A model generated the notes under the pieces. It had not been told where the DNA came from. It was given only the letters and a program-made list of their open reading frames with translations, and ran no database searches. The translations under genes were made by a program, and so were the position numbers. Below are positions 27,601 through 41,500 of a DNA stretch of 64,000 nucleotides, piece by piece (the first letter of the stretch is position 1; each line of letters starts with the position of its first letter). Source of the DNA: Phoronis australis (Eukaryota; Animalia; Phoronida); the NCBI GenBank assembly GCA_002633005.1, contig NMRA01000101.1, positions 713,804 through 777,803 on the forward strand, in the 5' to 3' direction.

Positions 27601-30600
27601 TTGTTGCTCTAACTGAACAATTTCAGTTTTGGTCTCTAACTCAGCCAAGTCAAACTCTAACTGAGCTACTCTTTCCTCTAGCACTTTCTTGTCCAACTCA
27701 GATTGGTCTAGGCTTGCCTTGTAGCTCCTCATCACTGTCATTTCTCCAGTCAATGATGTTATCTGCAATAGACACCAGAGCTATAGGACACTAGTATACA
27801 GAAAGCAATGCCAGAGAGAGAGAAAGAGGGAGCAAAGTATCCAACACTGTGAATACACAGCATGTGTTTGACATTCAGTCAAAATAATTGCAAACATATT
27901 TGTCATTTTCCATTTTTAAAAGCTCACTGCTATGCCATCTGTTGGCTGATTACAGTTATACAACATCAACCATGCTCACAATGAAGTCTGTTGAGTAAAT
28001 TGGTAAACCAAAATTTTTCATTTGTCATATTATGATGTAAATCGAAAAGGCTCCAATGGAGTGAGCACTGTTCAAAGATAAATGTTACTACCTAGCAGGG
28101 GCTCCACTGCAGCTGAACTGTTCAAAGACTAAATATATAAAGATACGCGTTACTACCTCGAAGGGGCTCTACTGACAGTTCAAATACTAAATTTACGAGG
28201 ATACGTGTTACAACTTTGAAGTGGCTACACTGCAGTTGAACTGTTCAAAGACTTTAAATAAGGATATATGTCACAACGTCGAAGAGGCTGTTCAAAGACT
28301 AAATTTATTAGGATACTTGTTATTACCTCAAAGAAGCTCCACTACAGTTGAACTGTTCAAAGACTAAATTTATTAGGATACTTGTTATTACCTCAAAGAA
28401 GCTCCACTGCAGTTGAACTGTTCAAAGACTTTAAACATATAAGGATACATGCCACTACCTCAAAGAGTCTCCATTGCAGTTGAACTGTTCAAAGACTACA
28501 TTTATACGGATACACATCACTACCTTGTCTTTCACAGTCTGTAGTTCCTTATCTTTCTGGTTCACAACCAAAGTTGTAGTTTCAATTTGCTTTGTCAGAC
28601 AAGCCTTTTCAGCTTCTAGGTCTTCTATTAATTTACTGTTACTGAAATACAATAGAAATACTGTTACTGAAATACAATAGGAATACTGTGTATGGTTAAA
28701 CTTTAAGAATATGGGATGTAGCAAGGCAGAAAAGAGAAATTTTATTTATTTTTTTTTCTAATTTCACAAAAGATAAGTAGCACCAATTGCTCTGTTATTT
28801 TAAAGTAATATACCACAGCGACCAGACAATGGTTTGAACCTTCTGAAAACAAACGAAAGATCAAACTGGCAATTATCTTTGTACAAAATAGATGCGATTT
28901 TAGCAGACCTAAACAAGTTTCTTCTATCAGGGGGATTCAGTGACTTGAAACAAAATCAAGTAAGTCAAATACTGAGTGAAGACTTAGTATTTATGCCAAT
29001 GACTTTTTTGATAGTTTCTATTGTAGCACCATCAACTATGAGTTCCAGTTTCACAGTGAAATAACTCAAACGTATAAAAATCAACATTTCTGGTCCAGCC
29101 CAATCCGCTTTTATGCCCCTCCCGCTTTGCCTTGTCAGTATCTATGTTTGAAACATGTGATGAGTTTATTCAAATTCATTCTTTCTGACAGTCAAATGTC
29201 AATATGTGGCTGTGCTACTGTAAATGTACTGATACGCTTTATCAGTCAGTCAGCACATAAGGCAGCCTTAGTTCAAAGTGGCCAGTACCTCCAGATATCA
29301 CGATTTGCATCAAATAAAGCAGGATCCATACGATCTAACTTTCAGTTACAAGCAACAAAACTAATCAAACTGAACTCAATGCAATGTCTCAGTGGTTACA
29401 TCTCCCACCATGCAACCATGCAAGCTGATTCGTGACCATTATTAAAACACAATACCCCATAAAATAACAAGCATTTGTCACAGGGTGACCAAACTAACCA
29501 CCCCCACTGACTGGATACGCATGCATGTGGGCTGTAACTTTGTATGAAGGTAAACCAGATGAATCATTGCAACACTTTACGAACAACATCTCTGAACATG
29601 ATCAGACAATTACAATTCTCAGAGCATTCAAATAAAAAGTTGCCACAAAAAAACATCCATACAGGGCATGACATTACAGGGCATGATATTACAAGGCATG
29701 ATATTACAGAGCATGATGGGATGTAACTTCTACATTTCTTGTGATGACCTTGAAAATGAGGTCAAAGTCACCAAAATGGACTGGTGCATGGATATGCTCC
29801 ACTTACAAGTTGGTAACGAATATGAGCAAGTGAGAGGATTTCTTTTTGAAATACTGTGCCAATGGCATTAAGTTTGAAATTAAGAAGTCAAATTCTTTTA
29901 AAAGACAATCTCGAAAAAATGGACTGGCAGCTGGAGTTGCCTCACCTACACATTAGCACAAACTCACTTCTTGAGATATTATGCCACTCTTAAATTTCTT
30001 CCCATGAACTTAAAAACAAGGTCAAGTCACCAAAAACGACAACAGCCTGGTGATGGCCCACCCACACTTTAGCCTAAAATTTGAAATATCTAAAGCCCCT
30101 TCTTGAGACATCGTGCCAACATTTTCTCAAAGTCACTAAAAAAGATGTCAAGGTCATAAAGAAAGACAGCCGCACACAGGAACATAAAGTAGTGAACATT
30201 ATGTCCCCTGCTTCACCTACCTGTGGTACCAAGGACAACTACACAGCAGGCATGTGGACTACACAATGTCTAACAAACATGCAATCAGTCTGACAATACT
30301 TGCAACAAAATCATAATATGGTAACTCTTCACTTCTTTACCAAGGCCAACAAGTGAAATTCTATACGGCCAAATTTCTCCATAATAATAAAGATTAAGAA
30401 AATTTTAGTCAGTTACTCTATACAAGACCATGCTAACATGGTTTCCACTGTGTTGGTGTCATAAAACAATTTTGAGAAAATTTTCCCTTATTTGCAGTAA
30501 TGCAACAGTCTTTGAAAAAATAGGAAAAATGACAATTATTGCAAATTACTTTTGTGCAAAATAAGTGGCGAATTACCGTAATCTAACTTGGCTATGCTCA

Positions 30601-33600
30601 TTTAATAAATTTTTATACTAAACAAAACAAGTAACCAAAACAGCAATCATAATGCACTAATCCTTGTCTAAGAAGAGCAATATGGAGCATTGATATGCAT
30701 CTACTGTGTGCATCGCATACAGCATACATACAAGAGTTGATCATATTGAACATTCCCACTTACCACAGCAATGCTAGTAAGCAAGGGAGGCAGAAATGCT
30801 CTCCTCAAAAGGAGCACCCCTCCAACATTTCATCATGATTCTTCAAGCAGTTTGGAGGATAGGGTGGCAGACGACAAAGGACACAAAATAAAATGGCCAC
30901 TAGGAGGCATAACTAAGGTCAAATCAATCTGAAACAGGGCAGGCGATGGTCCTTTATTTGCCAAATTTTGGAAAAATCTATCAAGGAACCTGATATATAC
31001 CATGACAAATGCAATGAAAAACAAAATTGCTACAAGGTGACTCCACAGTAGTCCGATCTGTCCCAAAATCCTCATCAGTTGTACTTTCCTCTATATGAAA
31101 ACATGCCAAATTTCAGTAAGATTGGCCAAGAAACTTGTACTGAGCCACAGGCTAAACTATTACTGCAAGAGGATCCCACAGCAGATGGGCCCATTTGAAA
31201 ATTATCATCACCCATGCACTTTCCAGTATGAACACGTATTCAAATTTGCATGATGACCCTCCACGTAATTTGGCCGATAGAGAGGCAGACGCCAAAACCA
31301 GACTCAATAGTAACAATGAGCACTCAGTACCATACAATAAGTCGAATCCACCCGAAAATGGAAGTGTGTTATCGTATCTTTCACAGAAACCTATTTGCCA
31401 CATTCATGAAAATATGTAGAGAAACTCCCAAGATATGATAAAAAGTCAACTAAAATTGGCTCTTGGGGGCACAACAGTAACCAGATCTGTCTGAAAGACG
31501 TCGTTATCCATTGTCACATCACTAGAAACACACCAATAAAATTTAACAATGATCCTGCAAGAGAATTCAGAGATTCAGACAGACGAGAAAAAAAAATGCC
31601 ACTAGGGGGTGCCACAGTAGCCGGAACCATCCGAAAGTCATCGTTGTGTTCTTCCCAGTATGAACACATAAGCCAATATTCATAATGATTCTTAGAGTGG
31701 TTTGTTGGACGGAAATGAGTGCCAAAACCAGGCCCAAAATAATAAAAATGACCACAAGCTGGTGAAAATGGGAGGTGACATTGTCTCCTTAATGGAGACC
31801 TATTTGTTAAATTTCACAAAAATCTGTTGAAGAACTTCGAAGATACAGAGGAAAACGTAAAGAAATCAAATTGCCACTAGGGGCACCATGGTATTATATT
31901 CATCCGAAAGTTGTCACAATCCATTGGCATTTCCATAGAAATAAACACATTTAACAAACTACCTGCTAGCGGTTCATGAGACATAGCCAAAATGTGGGCA
32001 TGTTATATCCGACTATTTACAGAGCGAGTGCCCAACAAATGGACAGGAATGGTGGCATACTGCACCCACCCAACAAGCATGTAGTAACTCCACCAGACTA
32101 AATCTTTGCAGCTAAAACTGAGAGCTCACTCGGTATGTATGTATGTATGGCAGGGATGATAACCAAAACAACAGAGATAACTGACAATAATCATACAACA
32201 ATGTAATCACCAAGTAACATTTGGTCAACAACAAGCACTAAAGGATCATGAAAAACTAACAAACAGAGGAAACAATGCAAACAATACCGCTTACCATGAA
32301 CGAGATCTATCAAAATATAAGACAAAAGTTACATTTATTGAGGTGAAAATAATACAATTGTGAGAAATATCGGACAAAGAGTCTTTCACAACATCTTGAG
32401 ACCTGATCAAGTGTTCAGAAACAATTGGGAAAATGTAACAATTTGTAACTTGGGACAAGACATTTTTGCAGAAACTACCACAGTACATTTCTTCCAATAA
32501 TCCATGTCTAAAATGTAACTTTCAATGATGAGCACAAACCTAATAAAGGAAAGTAGTCAGAGAACCGTTGTATTTTCAATAATCACTACACTTTCTATTG
32601 TATCAGTTCACATGACATGAAATTAGACCCATACCAACCAGTCAATCATATAATGAGGACTATTTTCAGAACCGTCCCAAACTTAATACTGTACCTGGTG
32701 AGAAGTTCAATTTGGATCTAAACCAACAAGTCAATTCTATTTCAGGATTGTCTTTGGCACCATCACAATGTTAATTTCTGGTGAGAAGTTTAATTTAGAG
32801 CTAGACCAACCAGTCTATCAGATTTCAGGACTGTCTCTGGCAGCTCTAGAGTACCACCCAGTGAAAACATCAGGCTGAACCCATACCCACCAATTAAACA
32901 TCATTCACTCTGGCACCTCTGCAATGTTAAAACGTGTGAGCAGTTCAACCTACCTGCTTTTTATATCTTCAATCATGCTTAGTTGTTTCTTCAGCTCATT
33001 CTCCAACTGGAAAAGAAATAAAAAGTTCAAAGAAATATTGTCTGAACAATTCTGAAATACATAGGCTTCAACACTTTTAATCCTGATAAAAGGACTAAAA
33101 TATAAAACAAAATTTCTGTAATTATCTCCTCTACAGCAACAAGCTGGCTTCCCTTTTAAGAGCCACTTCATGAGAAAGTCGAACATAATGAAATATTCTG
33201 TAAATATATACAGCCACAGGTGCAAAATCAAACAAAACTGCCACTAGGATGTGCCACAGTAGTCAAAGACGTCAGAAAATCATCGTCAGCCACCCTCTTC
33301 AAAGTAAAAATATACTTGACAATTTTCACAATCATATTTAAAGCGATTTGGTTGATAGTCAGAGTAATTAGCTATCTACTACTTATTAGAAATCGATACT
33401 TGGGTTCAGGATGCTTAGGAAATCTGAGTTCCAGATAACAACCCCTCAAAGGCTGTCAACTAAAAGTTGTAGATATGTATTTGACGGTCCAACATTAGAC
33501 TTATGAGCAGTCATAAGACAGATGGAGGCAAGACTGATGTTGATGGCATTACAAGCAGTAGTTAAGACTGGTAGACAAGGGACAAACATAGAAAGTGGCT

Positions 33601-36600
33601 CCAGCCAGTACCCTCCAATAAGAACAGAAGGCAGCGAAAAATGTAAGCCAGGGCCCCATGAGGACAGCTCTTACATACTCTGAGGGATGCTACTGCCTGT
33701 CACTGCTACGTAACTTCAACAAAGGATGTCACTGTATGTGACAGCTGGGTCTTAATTATTCTTCATTTAGTTACTGTAACTTCACTGATTAAATCACATT
33801 ACCTTGTCCCTCTCACCCTCCAGTTCCCCAACCCTTTGGAGATCCAGAGTCAAGTTGCTGTTTTCATCATGTGCTGCTTGAAGCTGCTTCTTCAAGTCAT
33901 CAGCCTGCACCTTGGCTTCCTCACTGTAATACACATCACAATATAATCAGCCTGACCTCACTGCAATACACATCAAAGTATAATCAGCCTGGGACTTCAC
34001 TGTAATACACATCACAGTATAATCAGCCTCACCTCACTGTAATACACATCATAATACAATCAGCCTGGCCTCACTGTAATACACATCACAACATAATCAG
34101 CCTGGGCTCACTGTAATACACATCACAGTATAATCAGCCTCACTTCACTGTAATACACATCACAATATAATCAGCCTGACCTCACTGTAATACACATCAT
34201 AATATAATCAACCAGACCTCACTGTAATACACATCATAATATAATCAACCTGACCTCACTATAATACACATGACAACATAATCACCCTGGCCTCCTTATA
34301 ATACATTTTATCACAGTATAATCAAGGTGACCTCACTGTAATTCACATTAATTAACCAAGGACGTAACTGTATTACAAATTATCACAATATAATTGCCCC
34401 GACTTCAATGTAATACACATTAACTTCAATCAATCACCAAAGGGAAAGCCTGATATGTTACAATATACACTATTCAGGATACATTTTATTGGTTGGATCA
34501 TCCACTCTACACTTAGATTATCACCATGATGAAATTGAGTTTTCTGCCTCAATCTTTGCCGATTTGAAAATGACAATAAATTTGAAGATTTTTACTTTCG
34601 GCTGGTTGTTCAAGAGAAATAAATGCTAAAATGTGCGACATTTTAAAACCTGTCCGAAGCGATTTTTTGGCCTTTAAATTACATAGAATATGGGTAAATG
34701 TTAACAGTTGGCAGCTCTGGTATTCTATTTTAACGGCACCAAGCTTCATAAAGCCGTGTGTATCCACTCACAGCTGTTTGCCCAGAGCTGCCTGTTCTTT
34801 GTCAGACCGAGCTTGCTGTGCATCAAGTTGAGCCAAGTGCTCCTGGGTTTGCTGGGCTTCTTTAACAAGTAGCTCCACCTGGTGGGCAAAACAAAAATCA
34901 TCAAAAAACAGAGATTGTCATGAATTTAGAATAAGTTGTTAGTAGTTGTTCTTCTTTTACATTGTATGTGAGCTGACATCCAAAGAAAGCAACTACACTG
35001 TAAACAATGTTCTAGTGCTTACTGTTCTTCAAAACTGTTTTTGGGACCAGTACTTCATAGGCCACCCAATGGTTAAACCCTTTCCAAACAACAACAACAG
35101 ATCTCAAATAAAACCTTACACAGCTCATTCCTACTTAGTTCTCATTGGCTCATTCACGTTACCTGACTTAACAGCTGATTCGTCTTAGCCTCCTTCTCTT
35201 GCAGCAGGGAGTCTCCCTTCAGTTTAGCCTCCATCATCTGCTCCTTCTCATAAGTCGTCTGCTCCAAGACAACCTTCAGTTCACTGCTCGCTCTTGTCAA
35301 CTGCAACCACCAACCACAGACAAACTTCAATATCTTCACCACTTCCACGTGAGTAATAGACCAAACAAATTATCCTTTTAAACTACTCAGCATTTCTTTA
35401 AACTACAGCACATTTTACTGCTGCTTAGCTGCTCACGTTGAATTCTTAACCAAATCCTTTTTAGGATCTAAGGCTATTTGACTGTGAACACTAATTCAAT
35501 ATACAAATGTCAAAGTAAAGTCTTCGTTAGTTCGAACAATGAGCTGGCAATAAGCTGCTTGCACCCTCTAGCCAGTACAATCTACCATTTTCTTGACATG
35601 ATCAAGACAAATGGTAGCTTTAATTAAAAAATTTAGCTGAATAATGTTGCCTGATCATCTGGCATTAATCGCATTTATCTTCACTAATGTTTTCAGCATG
35701 CCTATTCCCAGGTTTTACTCATTTCTTTGCAATCAGTCCAACATGTTTGCGCTAATCAGTCACCAAAGCCTAAATGAACAATCACGTACCTCATCCTTCT
35801 CCCTCTCCAACTGTTCCCTGTCTCCAGCTACCCTCTCATTCTCCTTCACCAGTTGTGCCAGCCTCGTCTCCAGCTCCAACACCGACTCCTTGACTGACTC
35901 CTGCTGCTCCTTTATCATCTTCTCTTTATCAGCCAACACTGTGTCTCGCTCCTTCAGTAGATCTGCATGATCTACCTCCAATTTGCTCAACTTCTTCTCT
36001 AGCCTTTCACTCTCAAACTATACAATATAACAGACAGTGCTCTTTTATTCATACCACACTACAAGAGTGTGCCCTTTATACCGAACAGGAATTTTTTTAT
36101 TCAAACAGAAATCCTAATCGAGGATGTAGCTCAGGACAGGTAGACCTAGCGACATAACAATATAGGATACACAATAAAAAACACATGTATTTTAAAACAA
36201 ACTCATTGGGTTTGGGCATGACACTAACATGATATATCAATAAAAGAGAGAAGTTAAAGAAAGGGGAATGGATATGACTTTCACACACTTGTTTGGATTC
36301 AAGAACTTGCAGTTTTAATTGGTTTCGTGGCACTGAATGTCTAATAAGATCTCAACATGAGTGCCAATAGATTTCTCCACTTCGTCCCAATTGTTTCCGT
36401 TTGTCTTAACCTTGTCAAAAAGACCAGCATACAAAACCAGTGTCAGAGAACATTTGCAGTATTGTTAAATTGGTCAAAAAGTTCACATCACATCCAGTTT
36501 ATAATTTAACACACGGTGGGACGAAAAATCCAGATACTGATCTGTGCGTGACTTGACAGCATCAAGTTGGATTAGAGAATCAGTTAATATGAAGGACAGT

Positions 36601-38551
36601 GGAATTTATCTGCATATGAGCAAAGACTGTGGTCAGTACCAACTGGATCCATCCTACACTACTCTGATCAGAAGAACAACTGCAAACAGCACAAGCGTGA
36701 TGTCATACATGAGACTGTGGTCAGTAACGTTATCCAACGAAAGCATTCACTTGTGCTATGCAAGTGTACAACAGAGAATAGATGAACAAAAACTTATTAA
36801 GAGAAGCATACAAATTGTTTTGTTTTTAACATATAACAAAGACTTGGAACAAGCCAGTACAATACGAAATTTACATTTAGGCTTCTTCAAAAGGCAAATG
36901 AAAAACTGGAGAATGTTGGATCAAATCAATAACGTCTGTATGGACAATGTCCAGTAGTCCAGTTAATCACTCACCTTCACATTGTCCCGTTCTGTAGTCA
37001 GATCATCCACAGCCTTCTTGCCTTCATTCACCCTCTCCTCTAACTCCCTTACTTTATCCTCTTTCTGTGCCACAACACCCTTTAGTTCAGTTAGCTCACT
37101 ATCCCTCTTGCTGTTCAATTCACTCACTTCCTTGTCATACCTGGCAGATTGTTTCTCTAGTTTGTTGTTTGCTTTTTCTAAACTATTTTGCTGGAAAAGA
37201 AATAAGCTGTACTGTAAGTTTAGATAACACTTGATAAATTCCCGTCATGTAAGAGAGGTAGAAACACCGATCGTATTTCAATGCTCCTCTTAAAAATGAG
37301 CAAAATGAGCAACAACTTTGAGTCATTCATTTTAAATTTTGTTTTGCTTTTCACATTTCTTTTTCCAAAAATTGCTGTCACTGTTAGAAAAACATCCTAT
37401 GATCTTGTTCAAGTCATCAACAAACAACAACAAAAACTTTGTTATTAGGTTAGTCCTTTTTACTTTGTTTTTGAGAAAATGTGCAAAAACAAACAAAACT
37501 GCCATTAGGACGCACCACAGTTGCCGAAGTCAGAAAATCATCGTCAGCCGCCCTTTTCACAGTAAGAACAGATACGTCAATTTTTAAGCAGTTTGGTTGA
37601 TAGAAGGATGCCAAAAAAGACTCGAGAACAGCAAAAATGACCAATAGGTGGCGCAAAATGCCTCGAATTCAACAAAAACCCATAAGATAGCGTCATCTAT
37701 CCAATAGATGCTTATCTGCCAAATTTCATGAAAATCCATTGACCACCTTTGAAGATAAAGAGGTAAGCATAAAAAAATAAAATTGTCACTAGGGGGCACA
37801 CCGGTCGTCCCATCCATCAGAAAGTTGTCGTCCTCTGTTGTCAACTTTATATAAATATACCAGCAGAATTCAATAAAGATTCTGTACAGTGTTTAGGACC
37901 TACAGCCAAGATCACAAAAAACAACTACTAGGAGGCGCCACAGTTGCCAAAGTCATTGGAAAATCATCGTCAGCCGCCCTCTTCACAGAAAGAACATATT
38001 TTTTATGCCAATTTTCAAAATCCTCCTTAGAGCGGTTTCGTTGATAGAAGGACGGATGCCAAAAATTAGACTCGAAAATAGTAAAAATGGCCACTAGGTG
38101 GCACAAAGTAACTCACATCCATCTGAAAATGGGAGGATGGCATCAACTCAATAATAGATGCCTAACTGCCAAATTCTATGAAAATCCATTGAGGACTTCC
38201 GAAGATACAAAGGTAAGCATGAAAAACTAAAATTGCCACTAGGGAGCACACTGGTAGTCGGAGAGGTCCGAAATTCGTCATCATCTGTCATCAGCTTCAT
38301 CAGAATACATCTGCCAAATCTCATCAAGATCCTGTGAGGGGTTTAGGAGATACAGCTGCGGACGCCAGACACCCATACAGAGATGACGGCAATATGCGAC
38401 CACATATAAATATGTGGGCGCATAAACATAAAAATGGCCACCATAGCACTATCTTGTAACCATTTTCGACCAAAAACAACAAGTCTCTAGTCACTGACAA
38501 GACATGGTGAGTATAAATTCTACGTAGATTAGAAAAGAAACGCAACCTACA

Positions 38552-38583
<32 letters not shown>

Positions 38584-41500
38584 GCGTGTGCGTGTGCGTG
38601 TAAAAAAGAAACAAAAAACTTATGGCAGAGTTATAGATTTGACAAAACAAACTTTCGTCAAGTGACAAGTTATTTAACCTTTCCACACACAACAAAACTA
38701 ACCAAGTCATCTAATCGTTCCTGAAATGACTTCAGGTCCTCGTCATGTTTTGATATCAATACTTCTGTCTCNTGACAAAAAAGACTCGAAAACAGAAAAA
38801 ATGGCCAATAGGTGGTGCAAAATGCCTCGAATTCAACAAAAACCCATAAGATAGCGTCACCTCTCCAATAGATGCTTATCTGCCAAATTTCATGAAAATC
38901 CATTGACCACCTTTGAAGATAAAGAGGTGAGCGTAAAAAAATAAAATTGTCACTAGGGGGAACACCGGTCGTCCCATCCATCAGAAAGTTGTCGTCCTCT
39001 GTTGTCAACTATATATAAATATACCAGCACAATTCAATAAAGATTCTGTACAGCGTTTAAGAGCTACAGCCAAGATCACAAAAAAACAACCACTAGGAGG
39101 TGCCACAGTTGCCAAAGTCATTGGAAATTCATCGTCAGCCGCCCTCTTCACAGAAAGAACATATTTTTCATGCCAATTTTCAAAATCCTCCCTAGAGCGG
39201 TTTCGTTGATAGGACGGATGACAAAAATCAGACTCGAAAATAGTAAAAATGGCCACTAGGTGGCGCAAAGTAACTCAAATCCATCTGAAAATGGGAGGAT
39301 GGCATCATCTCAATAATAAATGCCTAACTGCCAAATTCTATGAAAATCCATTGAGGACCTCCGAAGATACAAAGGTAAGCATGAAAAACTAAAATTGCCA
39401 CTAGGGAGCACACTGGTAGTCGGAGAGGTCCGAAATTCGTCATCATGTCATCAGCTTCATAAGAATACATCTGCCAAATCTTATCAAGATCCTGTGAGGG
39501 GTTTAGGAGATACAGCTGCGGACGACGGACACCCATACAGAGATGACGGCAATATGCGACCACATATTTATATGTGGGCGCATAAACATAAAAATGGTCA
39601 CCATAGCACAATCTTGTAACCATTTTTAACCAAAACAACAAGTCTCTAGTCATTGACAAGACATGGTGTGTGTAAATTCTACGTAGATTAGAAAAGAAAC
39701 GCAACCTACAGTTTGTGTGTGTGTGCGTGTAAAAAAAGAAACAAAAAACTTATGGCAGAGTTACAGATTTGACAAAACAAAATTTCGTCAAGTGACAAGT
39801 TATTTAACCTTTCCACACACAACAAAACTAACCAAGTCATCTAATCGTTCCTGAAACGACTTCAGGTCCTCGTCATGTTTTGATATCAATACTTCTGTCT
39901 CCCTCTCAGCATCTTCTCTAGCATTCTCCAACTCTTCAGTAAGTTTACTTATTCTCTGTGTAGAACTTGATAAGTTTTGATGTGTTTCCTCTAGTTTTCT
40001 GTAACACAGAGGCAGAACAATGACAAGCAGACTAAATGCCTCAGCCAATAAGTCTGACATTGGTTAGTCTAATTGGTTACATAAACTGGACAACAAAGGA
40101 CATTGATTAATATTCTGCTGACAAAAATCATGAAGTTTGGAAGATACAAATGATACAAAATGATATAACAGGGCACACTACTTGTTGCCATCTGCTCAAA
40201 ATTACCCGAAATGAAACACCCACTAGGGCTTGGGGTCTAATCATCTTATTCGAAATGCAGCTCAAAATCATTTTTCACATTTTCCGCTCTACGTTAGTAC
40301 AAAGTGCCTTGCTATTATTCTGCGCTTGAGTACATAATGGTTTATTTGGATGAAAGTCTAGTCCTAGTTCAAACTTGATGACTATGGCATTTAAGTCATA
40401 TTTTCGAGTTTTTGCTTGAAATCCTGAATTTAAACAATAATTTGTAGCTTAGATATAGGGGTTGGTAAGTGGACTAGAAACTCATCCCCATAAACCACAC
40501 TGTGAAACCAAGTCAGAGACAGGTCAAAGTTTACTTGGTGCTGTGGACGGTAACAACACAACATCAACTAGATTCTGTTGTGTTTACTTCAAATAAAGGT
40601 GAAAATTAGTTCACTTCAATTAGGGCTGTTCCAGCAAAATCCGTATGGGAGGGGGGACGGCAGTTGCAATAAAAATTCATGGGTGGTGGTCTTCAGAAAA
40701 AACTCAAATTACGGGTGGTTGTTCTTGTATGAAGTAAAACATTAAAACTGGGTGGTATTTTTGACTAGTAAATGTTGACAGGTTGGTATTTTCATCCAAA
40801 CACATCTCAAAAGAAAAAATACCCAAACATATTCCAAATCAAAAAACAAACCCATGTTGCTAGTGTACAGAGTGCAATATGCACACTAGTTCAAATAAAG
40901 GTAAAAATTAGTTCACTTTAGTGCCGAAAAATTTGCTTCAGTACCATAATATCAGAATGCACATGAGCCAAAAGAACTAACTCATGTCTTCTTCAGTAAA
41001 AAGCAAGAGAATAAAAGGTTGCATTTTGTAGATACAAGAATGTCATGAAAAAGCGAGATCACGCAAGACCATGCAAAATCATCCCAGTGAAAGGAGAGTG
41101 TTTAGCGAGTATGCTGGGAACCGTACTAGCGTAAACTATTAAAATGGCAGCCACTGAAGTGATTGGTTGGTGAGGTTGAGAAATGAATTCAGTTTCCACG
41201 AGTGCAGAGATTAAGGCAAGTATAAAGCAAGGTTCCACTGATACTGACTGACATTTGATGCAGAAGACAATCGTAACAAGTTTGGTGCCAACAATACATA
41301 TTTCGTGCCAATGATACATACGACTAGTTTGATGCCAAGGACACGTATAACTGCTTTGGTGCCAAAGACATGTGTAACTAGTTTGAGGCCAAAACACGTA
41401 TAACTAGTTTGATGCTAATGACATGTATCACTAGTTTAAATACAGGGACATATAAAGTTAGTTTGAGGCAAAGGTCCCATATAATTAGTTTGCTGCCAAT

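Noticed and set aside
38703-38771. Partial duplicate of exon 39833-39998
   Set aside because: Truncated exactly at a single-N join; allelic contig overlap.
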